Shown: one piece after another, positions 1 to 9,717 of the stretch | Layout of the letters: the number at the start of each line of letters is the position of its first letter | Position numbering within the stretch: position 1 is the stretch's first letter | Source of the DNA: Marinoscillum sp. | Lineage (GTDB): Bacteria > Bacteroidota > Bacteroidia > Cytophagales > MED-G16 | DNA length: 64,000 nt | Direction of reading: 5' to 3' | Assembly (NCBI GenBank): GCA_042095375.1 | Contig: JBELBJ010000002.1 | Span: forward strand, 69,185 to 133,184 | Program-made: the position numbers and the translations under genes | Notes under the pieces: generated by a model | Told to the model about the DNA's origin: nothing | The model's input: only the letters and a program-made list of their open reading frames with translations | Databases searched by the model: none

Positions 1-443
1 AAAAAAATAGAAAAAAAATCATTTGATAATGATATGGGTTTCAGTGTAGTTATAAAGAAGCCAATAAAAATACCAATAAAAAAAAATAGAAATAATAAAA
101 AACTTAATTTAGATTTTTTCTTTAAAATAAAAAGAATTGATATTGATGAAAAAATAACTAAACCAAAAAATAGTGAAAAAACATGAATAGGAAAATTTTC
201 ATATGCACTTAAAATAAATGAAACAAATAAAAAAATTGAAGAAAAAATACCACCTAATAAGGTTAACAAAAACTGTAAATTATAAGAGCTATAAAATTTT
301 CTCAATTCAAAATTTATTAATAAATAAATTGCATTAACATTAAAAGACTTAATTGTATCTATCAATTCCTTATATATATTAGTAATTAAAGCAATAGTTC
401 CCCCAGATATTCCAGGAATTAGATCAGCAATACCCATTAACAT
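1..443 (-). CDS. DUF368-family integral membrane protein, N-terminal part (gene runs off the left edge)
   Basis: Not in the supplied track because no stop falls inside the window. Hand translation of the minus strand gives an ATG at 443-441 with the frame open down to position 3. The N-terminus reads MLMGIADLIPGISGGTIALITNIYKELIDTIKS, followed by hydrophobic helices. The GIADxIPGxSGGT motif is what I associate with DUF368, a family linked to undecaprenyl-phosphate recycling. Confidence 0.65.
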   Translation of the reverse strand, partial: MLMGIADLIPGISGGTIALITNIYKELIDTIKSFNVNAIYLLINFELRKFYSSYNLQFLLTLLGGIFSSIFLFVSFILSAYENFPIHVFSLFFGLVIFSSISILFILKKKSKLSFLLFLFFFIGIFIGFFITTLKPISLSNDFFSIF

Positions 444-518
444 CCCTTTTAGAAAAAGTGAAATTTTGAAATTTTTGATAAAATAAATCAAGTATAATTA
501 TTTAATTATATCCTTATA

Positions 519-1274
519 TTACAAATATTGGTGAAAAGTATCCCCTCTAAGCCCCAATCTTATTGTTTCCAAAGATATTACCTCATTTCCAGAAATATTT
601 CCAAGATTAACATTAGGACCTGATAGCTGTACAAACCAAACTTGTTGAGCTTTTTGAGGTGCTTCCCATATAATTTTATCGGATGGAATTTCAGTTAAAA
701 TTTCTTCAACTAAACCTTGCCTAACCTCACCTGATTGTCTAAATAGACCAACATTTCCAGAATCTCTAGCTTCACCAATTACCTTCCAAGATCCTGCTTC
801 TAATTCATTTCTCATTTGCCTAATCCATTTATAAGGAGGAATAATTTTTCTTGTATCTTTAGAGCCCACCTCAGATAAAACAGTTACATGTTTAGATAAT
901 TTGGTAATGTATTCACATTTTTTTTTATGTGGAATATTAATTGAGCCATCAGATACCTCAGCATATTTCAAATTATATTTTTTTAGAACATCAACATAAT
1001 CGTCAAACTGATCTCTTACTAGAAAAGCTTCAAATAAAGTTCCTCCAAAATAAACTGATATATCCGCTTTTTTAAACATATCAATTTTTTTTACTAAGTC
1101 TTTAGTTAATAGAGAAGTAGACCAACCAAACTTTACAATATCAATAAACTCACCTGAAGATTCAATCAAATTTTTACATTCATTTATACTTGATCCTTTA
1201 TCGATCACCATTGTTAAACCTTTTTTTCGGGTTTTTTTAGTTCTTTTAGGTAAATTTTTTAAATGATAATTCAT
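519..1274 (-). CDS. comA: (2R)-phospho-3-sulfolactate synthase (ComA family)
   Basis: 251 aa. Full-length resemblance by eye to ComA: GLTMVIDKG, DIVKFGWSTS, YFGGTLFE, AEVSDGSI, IWEAPQKAQQ, VISLETIRLGLRGDTF. The start codon shares one base with the stop of the upstream TPR gene (TAATG). Confidence 0.85.
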   Translation of the reverse strand: MNYHLKNLPKRTKKTRKKGLTMVIDKGSSINECKNLIESSGEFIDIVKFGWSTSLLTKDLVKKIDMFKKADISVYFGGTLFEAFLVRDQFDDYVDVLKKYNLKYAEVSDGSINIPHKKKCEYITKLSKHVTVLSEVGSKDTRKIIPPYKWIRQMRNELEAGSWKVIGEARDSGNVGLFRQSGEVRQGLVEEILTEIPSDKIIWEAPQKAQQVWFVQLSGPNVNLGNISGNEVISLETIRLGLRGDTFHQYL

Positions 1275-2683
1275 TATAATCGATTTTCTTTAAACTGATT
1301 TATTATCCTATAAAATGCAGAGTTTTCATTCAATTCTGGTAAAAATTCAAATAAAATATAATGATTTTTAAAATTAATAGATAATGCACTTTCTAAAACT
1401 GATATTGATTCCTTATATCTTCCAGCTTTCAATAAGTAAATCACGAGCCTATAATATAAGATAGATTCTTGTGGTAATTCATTAATGCCATTTTTAATTA
1501 TTTCAATTGATTTTTCAAAATTATCATTGCTGTAATAAATAAAAGAAAAATCTAAATATATATCTATATCGTTTGGACTATGTTTCAATGCTTGATTGTA
1601 AAACTCTTTGCTAGAAATTATATTCCCAATTTCAAATTCAGCTCTTGCTAAGAATTTTAAGCATAAAATATTTTCTCCATCATGAGTTAATGCTTTTCTA
1701 AGATAATGAATAGCCTCATGCCATTTTTCTATAGATGAAAGGCTTTTTCCAATTCCAATCAAAGAATTAATATGGTATTCTTTTTCCTTTAAAGCTTTTT
1801 GAAAAAACTTGATAGAAATATTATACTCTTTTCTTAAATAATAAATATCTCCTAAATGAAAATATATATCAAACCCAGGACCATCTAATTCATATAATTT
1901 TTCATAATATTTTGTTGCTTTTTTAAGTTTTTTAAGTTTTTTAAATGCTTTTGCTAATCCTAGATATGCTGAAGAAAATTCATCATTTATAGCAATTGCA
2001 TATTCATAAGCTCTTATCGAATTTTTATATTTTTTTAAATCTATATATACATTAGCAAGATTAAACCAAGCAAATTCAGAATAAGGATCTTGATCAATAA
2101 ACTTTTTATAAAATTTGATGCTTTTCTTTGATTTACCTAAAATTTTGAAACATTCTGCTAAATCATTTAGAGCATTTTCATGTGAAATATTTAAATTCAC
2201 AGCTTTTTTAAAATACTTTAAAGCTTTTTTATATCTTTCTGAAGATTGATATGCTAATCCAACTTGGTAATATAATTCATCTTTATTTGAAGAAAATCCA
2301 ATTGCACTTTTAAAAACCTTTAATGCCTTTTCTATTCTACCTAGTATAACAAAAACTTGTCCTTTTAGAATAAAAATATTTTCATCTGTAGGATTAAGTA
2401 AGTAAGCTTTATCAAGCATTTCTAATGATTCCTTAAACTTTTGCATAGCTACTAAAATATTAGCTTTTAAGAATAATAAATCTGATGAATAAGAATGTTG
2501 AAATATAGCAAAATTAGCAGCATCTAATCCTTTTTTAAATTTATGATTATCTATATACCACTTTATAATTTTTTCGTAATATTCTGAATCATAATAAACC
2601 TTTTTATTTTGGCTTATATTCATTTCAAAATCTAAAACTAATTTTCTTAACTTTTCTTGACGTTTTTTAAATTCTTCAGTCAT
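1274..2683 (-). CDS. tetratricopeptide (TPR) repeat protein
   Basis: 469 aa with no signal peptide. It is a long array of about 34-residue A/Y/L/K-rich repeats, e.g. AYLGLAKAFKKLKKLKKATKYYEKLYELD. Confidence 0.8.
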   Translation of the reverse strand: MTEEFKKRQEKLRKLVLDFEMNISQNKKVYYDSEYYEKIIKWYIDNHKFKKGLDAANFAIFQHSYSSDLLFLKANILVAMQKFKESLEMLDKAYLLNPTDENIFILKGQVFVILGRIEKALKVFKSAIGFSSNKDELYYQVGLAYQSSERYKKALKYFKKAVNLNISHENALNDLAECFKILGKSKKSIKFYKKFIDQDPYSEFAWFNLANVYIDLKKYKNSIRAYEYAIAINDEFSSAYLGLAKAFKKLKKLKKATKYYEKLYELDGPGFDIYFHLGDIYYLRKEYNISIKFFQKALKEKEYHINSLIGIGKSLSSIEKWHEAIHYLRKALTHDGENILCLKFLARAEFEIGNIISSKEFYNQALKHSPNDIDIYLDFSFIYYSNDNFEKSIEIIKNGINELPQESILYYRLVIYLLKAGRYKESISVLESALSINFKNHYILFEFLPELNENSAFYRIINQFKENRL

Positions 2684-2787
2684 ATCTGATAAAATTCAAA
2701 TATCAACATGAAATAATTATCCTCCAAATTAAATAATAAATTAATAATGATTTTTATTTTATCAAAAATTACATTTGTCATTAGTTT

Positions 2788-2859
2788 GGCCTCGTAGTTC
2801 AATGGATAGAATAGGAGTTTCCTAAACTCTAGATACAGGTTCGACTCCTGTCGAGGCTA
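2788..2859 (+). tRNA. tRNA-Arg (anticodon CCU)
   Basis: Hand-folded cloverleaf of 72 nt. Acceptor GGCCTCG/CGAGGCT, D-arm GTTC-AATGGATA-GAAT, anticodon arm GGAGT-TTCCTAA-ACTCT, T-arm ACAGG-TTCGACT-CCTGT, discriminator A. No encoded CCA. Confidence 0.85.
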
Positions 2860-2868
2860 CAATTATAT

Positions 2869-3507
2869 TTATTTTTTTTCTTTCTTGAAGTCTCCTCTTT
2901 TAATGGCTTTAATAAATCTAGCCCAAGCAAATGGGTTCAATAATGGATTAGATGGTAATTGATATTTATTTGATGTAGCAAGCATTTGTTGATCCATAAA
3001 GTACTTGTAATTCATATTTGCACTCATCGGTTCATTCATATACATTTCTCTTAAGAGTTGTTTATTTAATGATTTATCTAAATTTTCTAAGTCTCTTCTA
3101 TTTGGTAATTCTAAAGCTAAAACAGCTTTTTTAAATAATTCTTCAGTTGGATAAGGAAAAATTTCTAATTCAGGAAGTATCGTAGTGTCAGGCTTCAACT
3201 CAATAATTAAAGAAATTGATTCACCTTTATCTCCTGGTACAATTAAATTTTGTTTTTGATAACCAACAGCACTAATAATTAAACTATCTTCTTCTAAAAC
3301 AGGCATAGTAAAATACCCATACGGATTAGAAGTGGTTCCTCTACCTGCTTTAGGGACATATATATGCACACCACCAACACCAGATATGCTATCAGCACCA
3401 ACAACTACCCCAGACATCTGAATAATCTTTTTTTCTCCTTGAGAGAAAGTAAAATGACTAAAAAGAAAAAAAATGGCAGGTAAGTAAAGTAGTTTTTTAA
3501 ACAACAT
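2869..3507 (-). CDS. secreted CarboxypepD_reg-like domain protein
   Basis: 212 aa. Signal peptide ending FSQ, then MSGVVVGADSISGVGGVHIYV...GYFTM...SAVGYQKQ, typical of the carboxypeptidase-regulatory-like beta-sandwich. Confidence 0.55.
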   Translation of the reverse strand: MLFKKLLYLPAIFFLFSHFTFSQGEKKIIQMSGVVVGADSISGVGGVHIYVPKAGRGTTSNPYGYFTMPVLEEDSLIISAVGYQKQNLIVPGDKGESISLIIELKPDTTILPELEIFPYPTEELFKKAVLALELPNRRDLENLDKSLNKQLLREMYMNEPMSANMNYKYFMDQQMLATSNKYQLPSNPLLNPFAWARFIKAIKRGDFKKEKK

Positions 3508-3600
3508 TAAAATTGAAAAATTTTTATATTTAATTATTAATTCATCGCTAAATTACTTAAATATTATTTTTGTTTTCATTAAAAGATTAATTTATTAAAT

Positions 3601-3981
3601 ATGAGATTAAAAAATTTTAACGTCGATTATGGAAGTAAAGTTTTTAGATCATTTTCTGATATTTCAAGAATAAGAATAATGAATATTTTATATAATAGAA
3701 AAGAATCTTGCATAGCGGATTTAGAAATGATTCTAAACTTTACTCAAACAAAAACTTCAAGACATGTTAATTATCTTAAAAATGCAAACCTATTAAATAT
3801 GAAATATGTGAATCAATTTATTTTTTATTCAATAAGAGAGGAAGCTTTAGATTTAATAGATCAAATATTTAAATTACTTGAAAAAGACAAACAATTAGAA
3901 AAAGATTTAGAAATTTATGATATTATGAATTCAAATAGAGAACTATCAAAAAATAAACTTGATTTATTAAAAAATAAATAA
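3601..3981 (+). CDS. ArsR/SmtB-family winged-helix transcriptional regulator
   Basis: 126 aa. FRSFSDISRIRIMNILYNRKESCIADLEMILNFTQTKTSRHVNYLKNANLL matches the ArsR HTH pattern. It ends 8 nt upstream of pruA. Confidence 0.7.
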   Translation: MRLKNFNVDYGSKVFRSFSDISRIRIMNILYNRKESCIADLEMILNFTQTKTSRHVNYLKNANLLNMKYVNQFIFYSIREEALDLIDQIFKLLEKDKQLEKDLEIYDIMNSNRELSKNKLDLLKNK

Positions 3982-3989
3982 TTTAAAAT

Positions 3990-5612
3990 ATGAATAAATT
4001 AGCTAAAATTCCTATAAATGAGCCTATTTTAGAATATAAATCTAAATCAAAAGAAAAGATTGAATTAAAAAAGAAAATTCATGAATTAAAAAATAAAGAA
4101 ATAGATATACCGATGTACATTGGTGGTAAAGAAATAAGAACAGAAAATAAAATACGTATTTCTCCGCCACATGATCATAATCATACTCTAGGACATTATA
4201 ATAAAGGAGATGAATCTCATGTAAACAGTGCTATAAAAGCTGCATTAGATGCTAAAGACAATTGGAATAGAATGGGATCCAACAAAAGAGCAAAAATTTT
4301 TGTTAAAGCAGCTGAATTATTGGCAGGACCATATAGATCAGAAATAAATGCTACAACAATGTTGGGACAATCAAAAAATGTTTTTCAAGCAGAAATTGAT
4401 GCAGCATGTGAGTTAATTGATTTTTTAAGATTTAATCCTTATTACATGAAAAAAATTCATGAAGAACAACCAATATCTCCTGATGGAATGAAAAATTCTT
4501 TATCATATAGGCCATTAGAAGGTTTCATTTTTGCTTTGAGTCCATTTAATTTTACTTCTATTGCAGGAAATCTTTGTTCAAGTGTTGCTTTGATGGGAAA
4601 TACAGTAGTTTGGAAAGCCTCAAGTACTCAAATTTATTCTGCAAATGTAATAATGAAAGTATTTAAAAAAGCTGGACTTCCAGATGGTGTAATTAATCTA
4701 ATCCATACTGATGGAAAAACAGCTGGGGATATAATATTTAATCATAGAGATTTTGGGGGCATTCATTTTACTGGAAGCACTGGGGTATTCCAAAATTTTT
4801 GGAAAATAATAGGTGAAAATATCAAAAATTATAAATCTTACCCTAGAATTGTTGGAGAAACTGGAGGAAAAGATTTTATTATTGCTCATAAATCTTCTGA
4901 CCCTAAAGCAATATCGACTGCCATATTAAGAGGAGGTTTTGAATTTCAAGGACAAAAATGCAGTGCACCTTCTCGAATATACTTGCCAAATAATTTATGG
5001 AGTGAAATTAAAGAAAAAATAATCAAAGATGTATCGGATTTAAAAATGGGGAATCCTGAAGATTTTACAAATTTTGTAAATGCGGTAATAGATGAAAAAG
5101 CTTTTCACAATATATGTTCCTACATAGACTTTGCAAAAAATGATCATGAGCATGAATTAATAATTGGAGGAAATTATAATAAATCTGTTGGTTATTTTAT
5201 TGAACCAACAATTTTTTTATCTACAAATCCGAAAAGTAGACTAATGTGTGAAGAAATTTTTGGGCCAGTAGTTACTATTTATATTTATGATAATGATAAG
5301 TATGAAGAAACACTTGATTTAGTAAACGATACATCTCCATATGCATTGACTGGAGCAATTTTCGCAAAAGATAAAAATGCAATTGACCTTGCAAAAACAA
5401 AACTAGAACATTCAGCAGGTAATTTTTATATTAATGATAAACCAACAGGTGCTGTTGTTGGACAACAACCGTTTGGAGGAGGTAGAGCATCTGGAACAAA
5501 TGATAAAGCTGGATCTTATCTTAATTTAATCAGATGGGTTTCACCAAGGACAATCAAAGAGCTATTAGAAAGCCCAACTGATTATAGATATCCTTTTATG
5601 GATGAAAAATAG
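3990..5612 (+). CDS. pruA: L-glutamate gamma-semialdehyde (1-pyrroline-5-carboxylate) dehydrogenase
   Basis: 540 aa of the ALDH superfamily, with VGETGGKDF and FEFQGQKCSAPSR (catalytic Cys). The N-terminal extension and length are typical of PruA/RocA-type P5CDH. Confidence 0.9.
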   Translation: MNKLAKIPINEPILEYKSKSKEKIELKKKIHELKNKEIDIPMYIGGKEIRTENKIRISPPHDHNHTLGHYNKGDESHVNSAIKAALDAKDNWNRMGSNKRAKIFVKAAELLAGPYRSEINATTMLGQSKNVFQAEIDAACELIDFLRFNPYYMKKIHEEQPISPDGMKNSLSYRPLEGFIFALSPFNFTSIAGNLCSSVALMGNTVVWKASSTQIYSANVIMKVFKKAGLPDGVINLIHTDGKTAGDIIFNHRDFGGIHFTGSTGVFQNFWKIIGENIKNYKSYPRIVGETGGKDFIIAHKSSDPKAISTAILRGGFEFQGQKCSAPSRIYLPNNLWSEIKEKIIKDVSDLKMGNPEDFTNFVNAVIDEKAFHNICSYIDFAKNDHEHELIIGGNYNKSVGYFIEPTIFLSTNPKSRLMCEEIFGPVVTIYIYDNDKYEETLDLVNDTSPYALTGAIFAKDKNAIDLAKTKLEHSAGNFYINDKPTGAVVGQQPFGGGRASGTNDKAGSYLNLIRWVSPRTIKELLESPTDYRYPFMDEK

Positions 5613-5613
5613 T

Positions 5614-6933
5614 TTATTTATTAGAATAGATTAACTGATTTTTTTCATAATAAGAAAAGTAGAATACAATTAGTAATGAACCGATAAAATATGATTGGAT
5701 TATTATGGTGGCAGAACTAAAATAGTCACTTATAAGAAACCAATCGCCATAAAAAATTATTATAAAATATCCTAAAATAGATTTAATTGCTTCAAAAAAT
5801 AAAGCATAAGAATCTCGATCCATTAAGCTGGTTAAACTATAAATGAAAATAAATAAAAAAAGAGAATAAAAAATACCTTCAATAAAGGTGATTAGATGAA
5901 GATGATTAATAAAATACATCATAAAAAATGAGACTATAACATATTGTACCCACGACCATATTTGTAAATTATTCGAAATATTAGGGTAATATTTTTCATA
6001 ATTGTTAGAAGAGTCTATTGTTGCTACCGGAAATTTTTTTTCAACATCTTTTGGTCTCCATCCCGTAGGCATAAACCATATTTTAAATTTATCCAACCAA
6101 TTATTTGTTCTCCAAGCATCTTTAATTAATAAAAATAGATGAACAAAATTAATATATATGGGATTCCAAGATCTTACTGGTCTTTTAACTCCATAAACAG
6201 GAGGGATATCATCTAATTCTTTTTGAAATGTTCCAAATAACTTATCCCAAATTATAAATATTTGAGATAAATTTTTGTCTAAATATTCTTTATTAATTGC
6301 ATGATGCACTCTATGATGTGAGGGTGTTACAATTATATTCTCCAAAAAACCAAGCTTACCAATAAGTCTAGTATGATACCAATACTGTGCAAATAAATGA
6401 AGGGGAGCAAGAAAAGTTATCACCTCCGATGGAACTCCAAGAATTGCAGTCGGAATTAAAAAAATAAAAGTAAGAGAAAAAAAATTGGAAATAGATTGTC
6501 TTAAAGCACAAGCTAAATTAAACTCTTCACTACTATGATGAATAATATGATGATTCCAAAAGTAATTAATGCTATGGTTTATTCTATGAACCCAATAGCC
6601 TGCAAAATCAATACCAATAAATGCTATTACATAAGTTAACCAAGTAGTTTTTATTTTAAATAGTGCTAAATTATCTACCATGAAGTCATATGATAAAATT
6701 ATAATAGTTAACCCTAAGACATCCCTAATTACATTAGTCAATCCAGAACACAAACTGGACAGAGTATCCATACTTCTAATAACATAAGTCTTATCAAGAA
6801 ATTTAGCATAAAATATTTCCAATAAAATAAGAGATATAAATAGTGGAATAGCAATGTTCAATGTTGTTATATAGTATGTAGGCATAATTACAAATTTAAT
6901 TTTTAATACAAAAAAACTGAATGAAAAGAACAA
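5614..6933 (-). CDS. fatty acid hydroxylase / sterol desaturase family membrane protein (alkylglycerol monooxygenase-like)
   Basis: His boxes HRINHSINYFWNHHIIHHSSEEFNLACALRQ and HHRVHH, plus a roughly 150-aa polytopic C-terminal extension. The track start is TTG at 6933. ATG at 6885 (MPTYYITT...) is the more likely start. Confidence 0.75.
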   Translation of the reverse strand: MFFSFSFFVLKIKFVIMPTYYITTLNIAIPLFISLILLEIFYAKFLDKTYVIRSMDTLSSLCSGLTNVIRDVLGLTIIILSYDFMVDNLALFKIKTTWLTYVIAFIGIDFAGYWVHRINHSINYFWNHHIIHHSSEEFNLACALRQSISNFFSLTFIFLIPTAILGVPSEVITFLAPLHLFAQYWYHTRLIGKLGFLENIIVTPSHHRVHHAINKEYLDKNLSQIFIIWDKLFGTFQKELDDIPPVYGVKRPVRSWNPIYINFVHLFLLIKDAWRTNNWLDKFKIWFMPTGWRPKDVEKKFPVATIDSSNNYEKYYPNISNNLQIWSWVQYVIVSFFMMYFINHLHLITFIEGIFYSLFLFIFIYSLTSLMDRDSYALFFEAIKSILGYFIIIFYGDWFLISDYFSSATIIIQSYFIGSLLIVFYFSYYEKNQLIYSNK

Positions 6934-6970
6934 TAATTAAATTTTCGTATTTTAACTTCGCAATTGTAAA

Positions 6971-9178
6971 ATGAAGCCGTATTTACTTTCTTTATTTCTA
7001 ATTTTTTATGTAACTAATTTATTCAGTCAAGAAACTTACGTCCCTACCAAAATATCTGATGATAAAATAATCTTAGATGGAGTTTTAAATGATACGGAAT
7101 GGGAGAATGCTATAAAAGTTGATTTTGATTTTGAAGTTGAACCAGGATACAACATTGAGCCTATTGTAAAGACTTTAGGTTATATATATTACTCAGATAA
7201 ATTTATTTATTTAGCTTTTGATGCTGAAACAAAAGAAAATGTAAGAGCATCTGTTAGAAAAAGAGATGACTTTGGAATTTTTAATGATGATGTTATTGGA
7301 TTTAACATTGATACATATGGTGATGGACGAAATAATATATTTATTGCATCAAACCCATATGGTTCTCAAGTTGATGTTAGAGTTTTAAATGAAGTAGAAG
7401 AAGAAAAACGATATCAAATTTCTTATGATTTAGAGTATGAATCAGTTGGAGCAATTAATGGAAATAGATATTATGTTGAAATGAAAATTCCATTTTCTTC
7501 AATACCATTTCCTAATGGAAAAAATCAGAAATGGAAATTTGGATTATGGAGAAAATATAAGGATTATTTCCTTCAGTCTGGAAAGGTTGATAGAGATAAT
7601 AACTGCTCAACTTGTCAACTAGAAGATGAAATAATATTTAATGATATTATCATAGAGAAAAAGTTTAACTTATTGCCATATGTTTCAAGTAATGTAAACG
7701 GTAACTATAACCAAAATTCAAAAAAGTTAGAATATGATAAAATAAAAACTAACCTAGGAATAGGCATCAATGCAGAACTATCTAAAAATTTATCAATTGA
7801 ATTAACAATTAATCCAGATTTTTCTCAAGTTGAATCTGATGTAACTAAAATCGATGCTAACTCAGCTTATTCATTAAGCTATCCTGAAAAAAGACCTTTT
7901 TTTAATAAGGGAACTGATATTCTTAATATAAACTCTGATGATTTACAACCATTTTATTCTAGGTCAATAAATAATCCATTATATGCTCTCAAAATTTTAA
8001 ATCAAGGTACAAACTCAAGAGTATTTTTTCTTTCTTCCATTGATAATAATTCCCCATATTTGATAGCTGGTAATGACAGATCATATTTTGGAGAAGGAGG
8101 TAAAAGCTTAATTAATGTATTTAGATATCAAAGACTATTAAAAGGAGGTTCAAAAATCGGGTTACTATCAACTAGCAGATATTATAAAGGTGGTGGATAT
8201 GGTAATATTTTTGGATTAGATGGGCTATTTCAATTATCAAAAAATATAAGAGTTTCATTTGACATATTAAAAAATTACAATGAAGAACCAAATACTAACT
8301 GGATAGATTCTGAAGATACATTTAATAGTAAATCTGTTAAACTTAATGGAGAAAAATTTACAGGCACTGGAGTATCAGTAGGACTATTAAGAAGTACTGA
8401 AAATTGGACAACTTATTTGGGTTATAAACATATAAATCCTGAATATAGAGCAGATGTTGGTTTTGCAGTAAAAAATGATAGAAAATGGTTAACATTTTAT
8501 CAATCTTACAAGAAAAATTGGGATAAAGGTTTTTTTAAAGGTGCATCTTATGCTATTAAGAAAGATATATTATACGATTTCAATAATAAGTTAGATGTTA
8601 TGAGTTTAGATGCTATATTAAATGCGGATATAATAGGAAATACTAGTGTTTCCTACATTTATGATTTTGATTTTATAACCGATTATCTTGGAAAAGAATA
8701 TAAAAATTATGGAACTAGTAGAGTAAATTTTTCTAGTAATCCAAACGAAGTTTTATCTATTTCATCCAATTTTGGAATTGGAAGAGATATAGCTTTTAAT
8801 TCAGATAATCCAGAAATTGGTAAAGAGCTAAATGTATCTACAAGAATACGACTTCAAATAAATAACAGCTTTTCAATAGCTAACTCTATTGATTTTTCTA
8901 GATTAAAATATATAGAAAAAAATGAGTTCTATTATAAAGGGTTTATTTATAGAGCAGATTCAAAATATCAATTCACAAATTCTCTTGGAATAAGATTGGT
9001 TATAGAATTAAATGATTTTAATGATTATTTATTTATTCAACCTTTATTTGAATGGACACCAAATCCATTTACAATTTTCTATATTGGTGGAAATCAAAAT
9101 TTAACAAATAACAATAAAAACTACTTAGTAGATAATTCTCAAATTTTTATTAAATTCCAGTATTTAATAAGCTTGTAA
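6971..9178 (+). CDS. outer-membrane protein with N-terminal CBM9-like domain (DUF5916-like)
   Basis: 735 aa. Signal peptide ending FSQ, then DGVLNDTEWENAIKVDFDFEVEPG (CBM9-like), followed by a long beta-rich region ending in an aromatic-rich C-terminus. Confidence 0.5.
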   Translation: MKPYLLSLFLIFYVTNLFSQETYVPTKISDDKIILDGVLNDTEWENAIKVDFDFEVEPGYNIEPIVKTLGYIYYSDKFIYLAFDAETKENVRASVRKRDDFGIFNDDVIGFNIDTYGDGRNNIFIASNPYGSQVDVRVLNEVEEEKRYQISYDLEYESVGAINGNRYYVEMKIPFSSIPFPNGKNQKWKFGLWRKYKDYFLQSGKVDRDNNCSTCQLEDEIIFNDIIIEKKFNLLPYVSSNVNGNYNQNSKKLEYDKIKTNLGIGINAELSKNLSIELTINPDFSQVESDVTKIDANSAYSLSYPEKRPFFNKGTDILNINSDDLQPFYSRSINNPLYALKILNQGTNSRVFFLSSIDNNSPYLIAGNDRSYFGEGGKSLINVFRYQRLLKGGSKIGLLSTSRYYKGGGYGNIFGLDGLFQLSKNIRVSFDILKNYNEEPNTNWIDSEDTFNSKSVKLNGEKFTGTGVSVGLLRSTENWTTYLGYKHINPEYRADVGFAVKNDRKWLTFYQSYKKNWDKGFFKGASYAIKKDILYDFNNKLDVMSLDAILNADIIGNTSVSYIYDFDFITDYLGKEYKNYGTSRVNFSSNPNEVLSISSNFGIGRDIAFNSDNPEIGKELNVSTRIRLQINNSFSIANSIDFSRLKYIEKNEFYYKGFIYRADSKYQFTNSLGIRLVIELNDFNDYLFIQPLFEWTPNPFTIFYIGGNQNLTNNNKNYLVDNSQIFIKFQYLISL

Positions 9179-9231
9179 TTAAATTTTAAAGTTGTTTGTA
9201 ACATAATTTTTAATTATTAGTTAATATAAGT

Positions 9232-9717
9232 ATGACTAAAAACAGAAGAAAATTTTTAAAAACAGCAAGTTCATCTGCTTTATTTGCAACATTAGGATCA
9301 TCTTTTTTTACTAGTTGTTATGAAAAAGATGAAGATATAACTCCAGTTAATGATGATGATAAAAATGAAGATGGTTGGGCAAATGGTTACAACATAGATA
9401 GCACAACTATTAAAATTGATTTGAACCATAATAACTTTAAAGTTTTAAAAGGTACTGGTGGTTGGAAAAGATTTGATGAAGGAGCTCTTTTATTAGTTAA
9501 TGTTGGATCAGACATTATTAGAGCATTTTCAAGTATTTGCCCTCATGCACAATGTAGAACAAGCTGGGCATATGCTAATAATAATTTTACTTGTACCTGT
9601 CATGATTCTATATTTAAAAATGATGGAAGTTTTGTCTCAGGACCTGCAGCAGGTCAAGATTTAAAATCTTTAACAGCAAAAGTTGAGGATAACATATTAA
9701 CGGTTACTGAAGATTAA
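9232..9717 (+). CDS. Tat-exported Rieske [2Fe-2S] lipoprotein
   Basis: 161 aa. Twin-arginine motif NRRKFLKTA, lipobox FFTSC, and Rieske ligands CPHAQC...CTCHDS. Confidence 0.8.
   Translation: MTKNRRKFLKTASSSALFATLGSSFFTSCYEKDEDITPVNDDDKNEDGWANGYNIDSTTIKIDLNHNNFKVLKGTGGWKRFDEGALLLVNVGSDIIRAFSSICPHAQCRTSWAYANNNFTCTCHDSIFKNDGSFVSGPAAGQDLKSLTAKVEDNILTVTED

Noticed and set aside
519-1274. ComA as evidence of coenzyme M biosynthesis.
   Set aside because: There are no comB/C/D/E or methanogenesis/alkene-metabolism genes in the window, and the organism looks like an aerobic heterotrophic Bacteroidota member. A sulfolactate/sulfonolipid role is more plausible.
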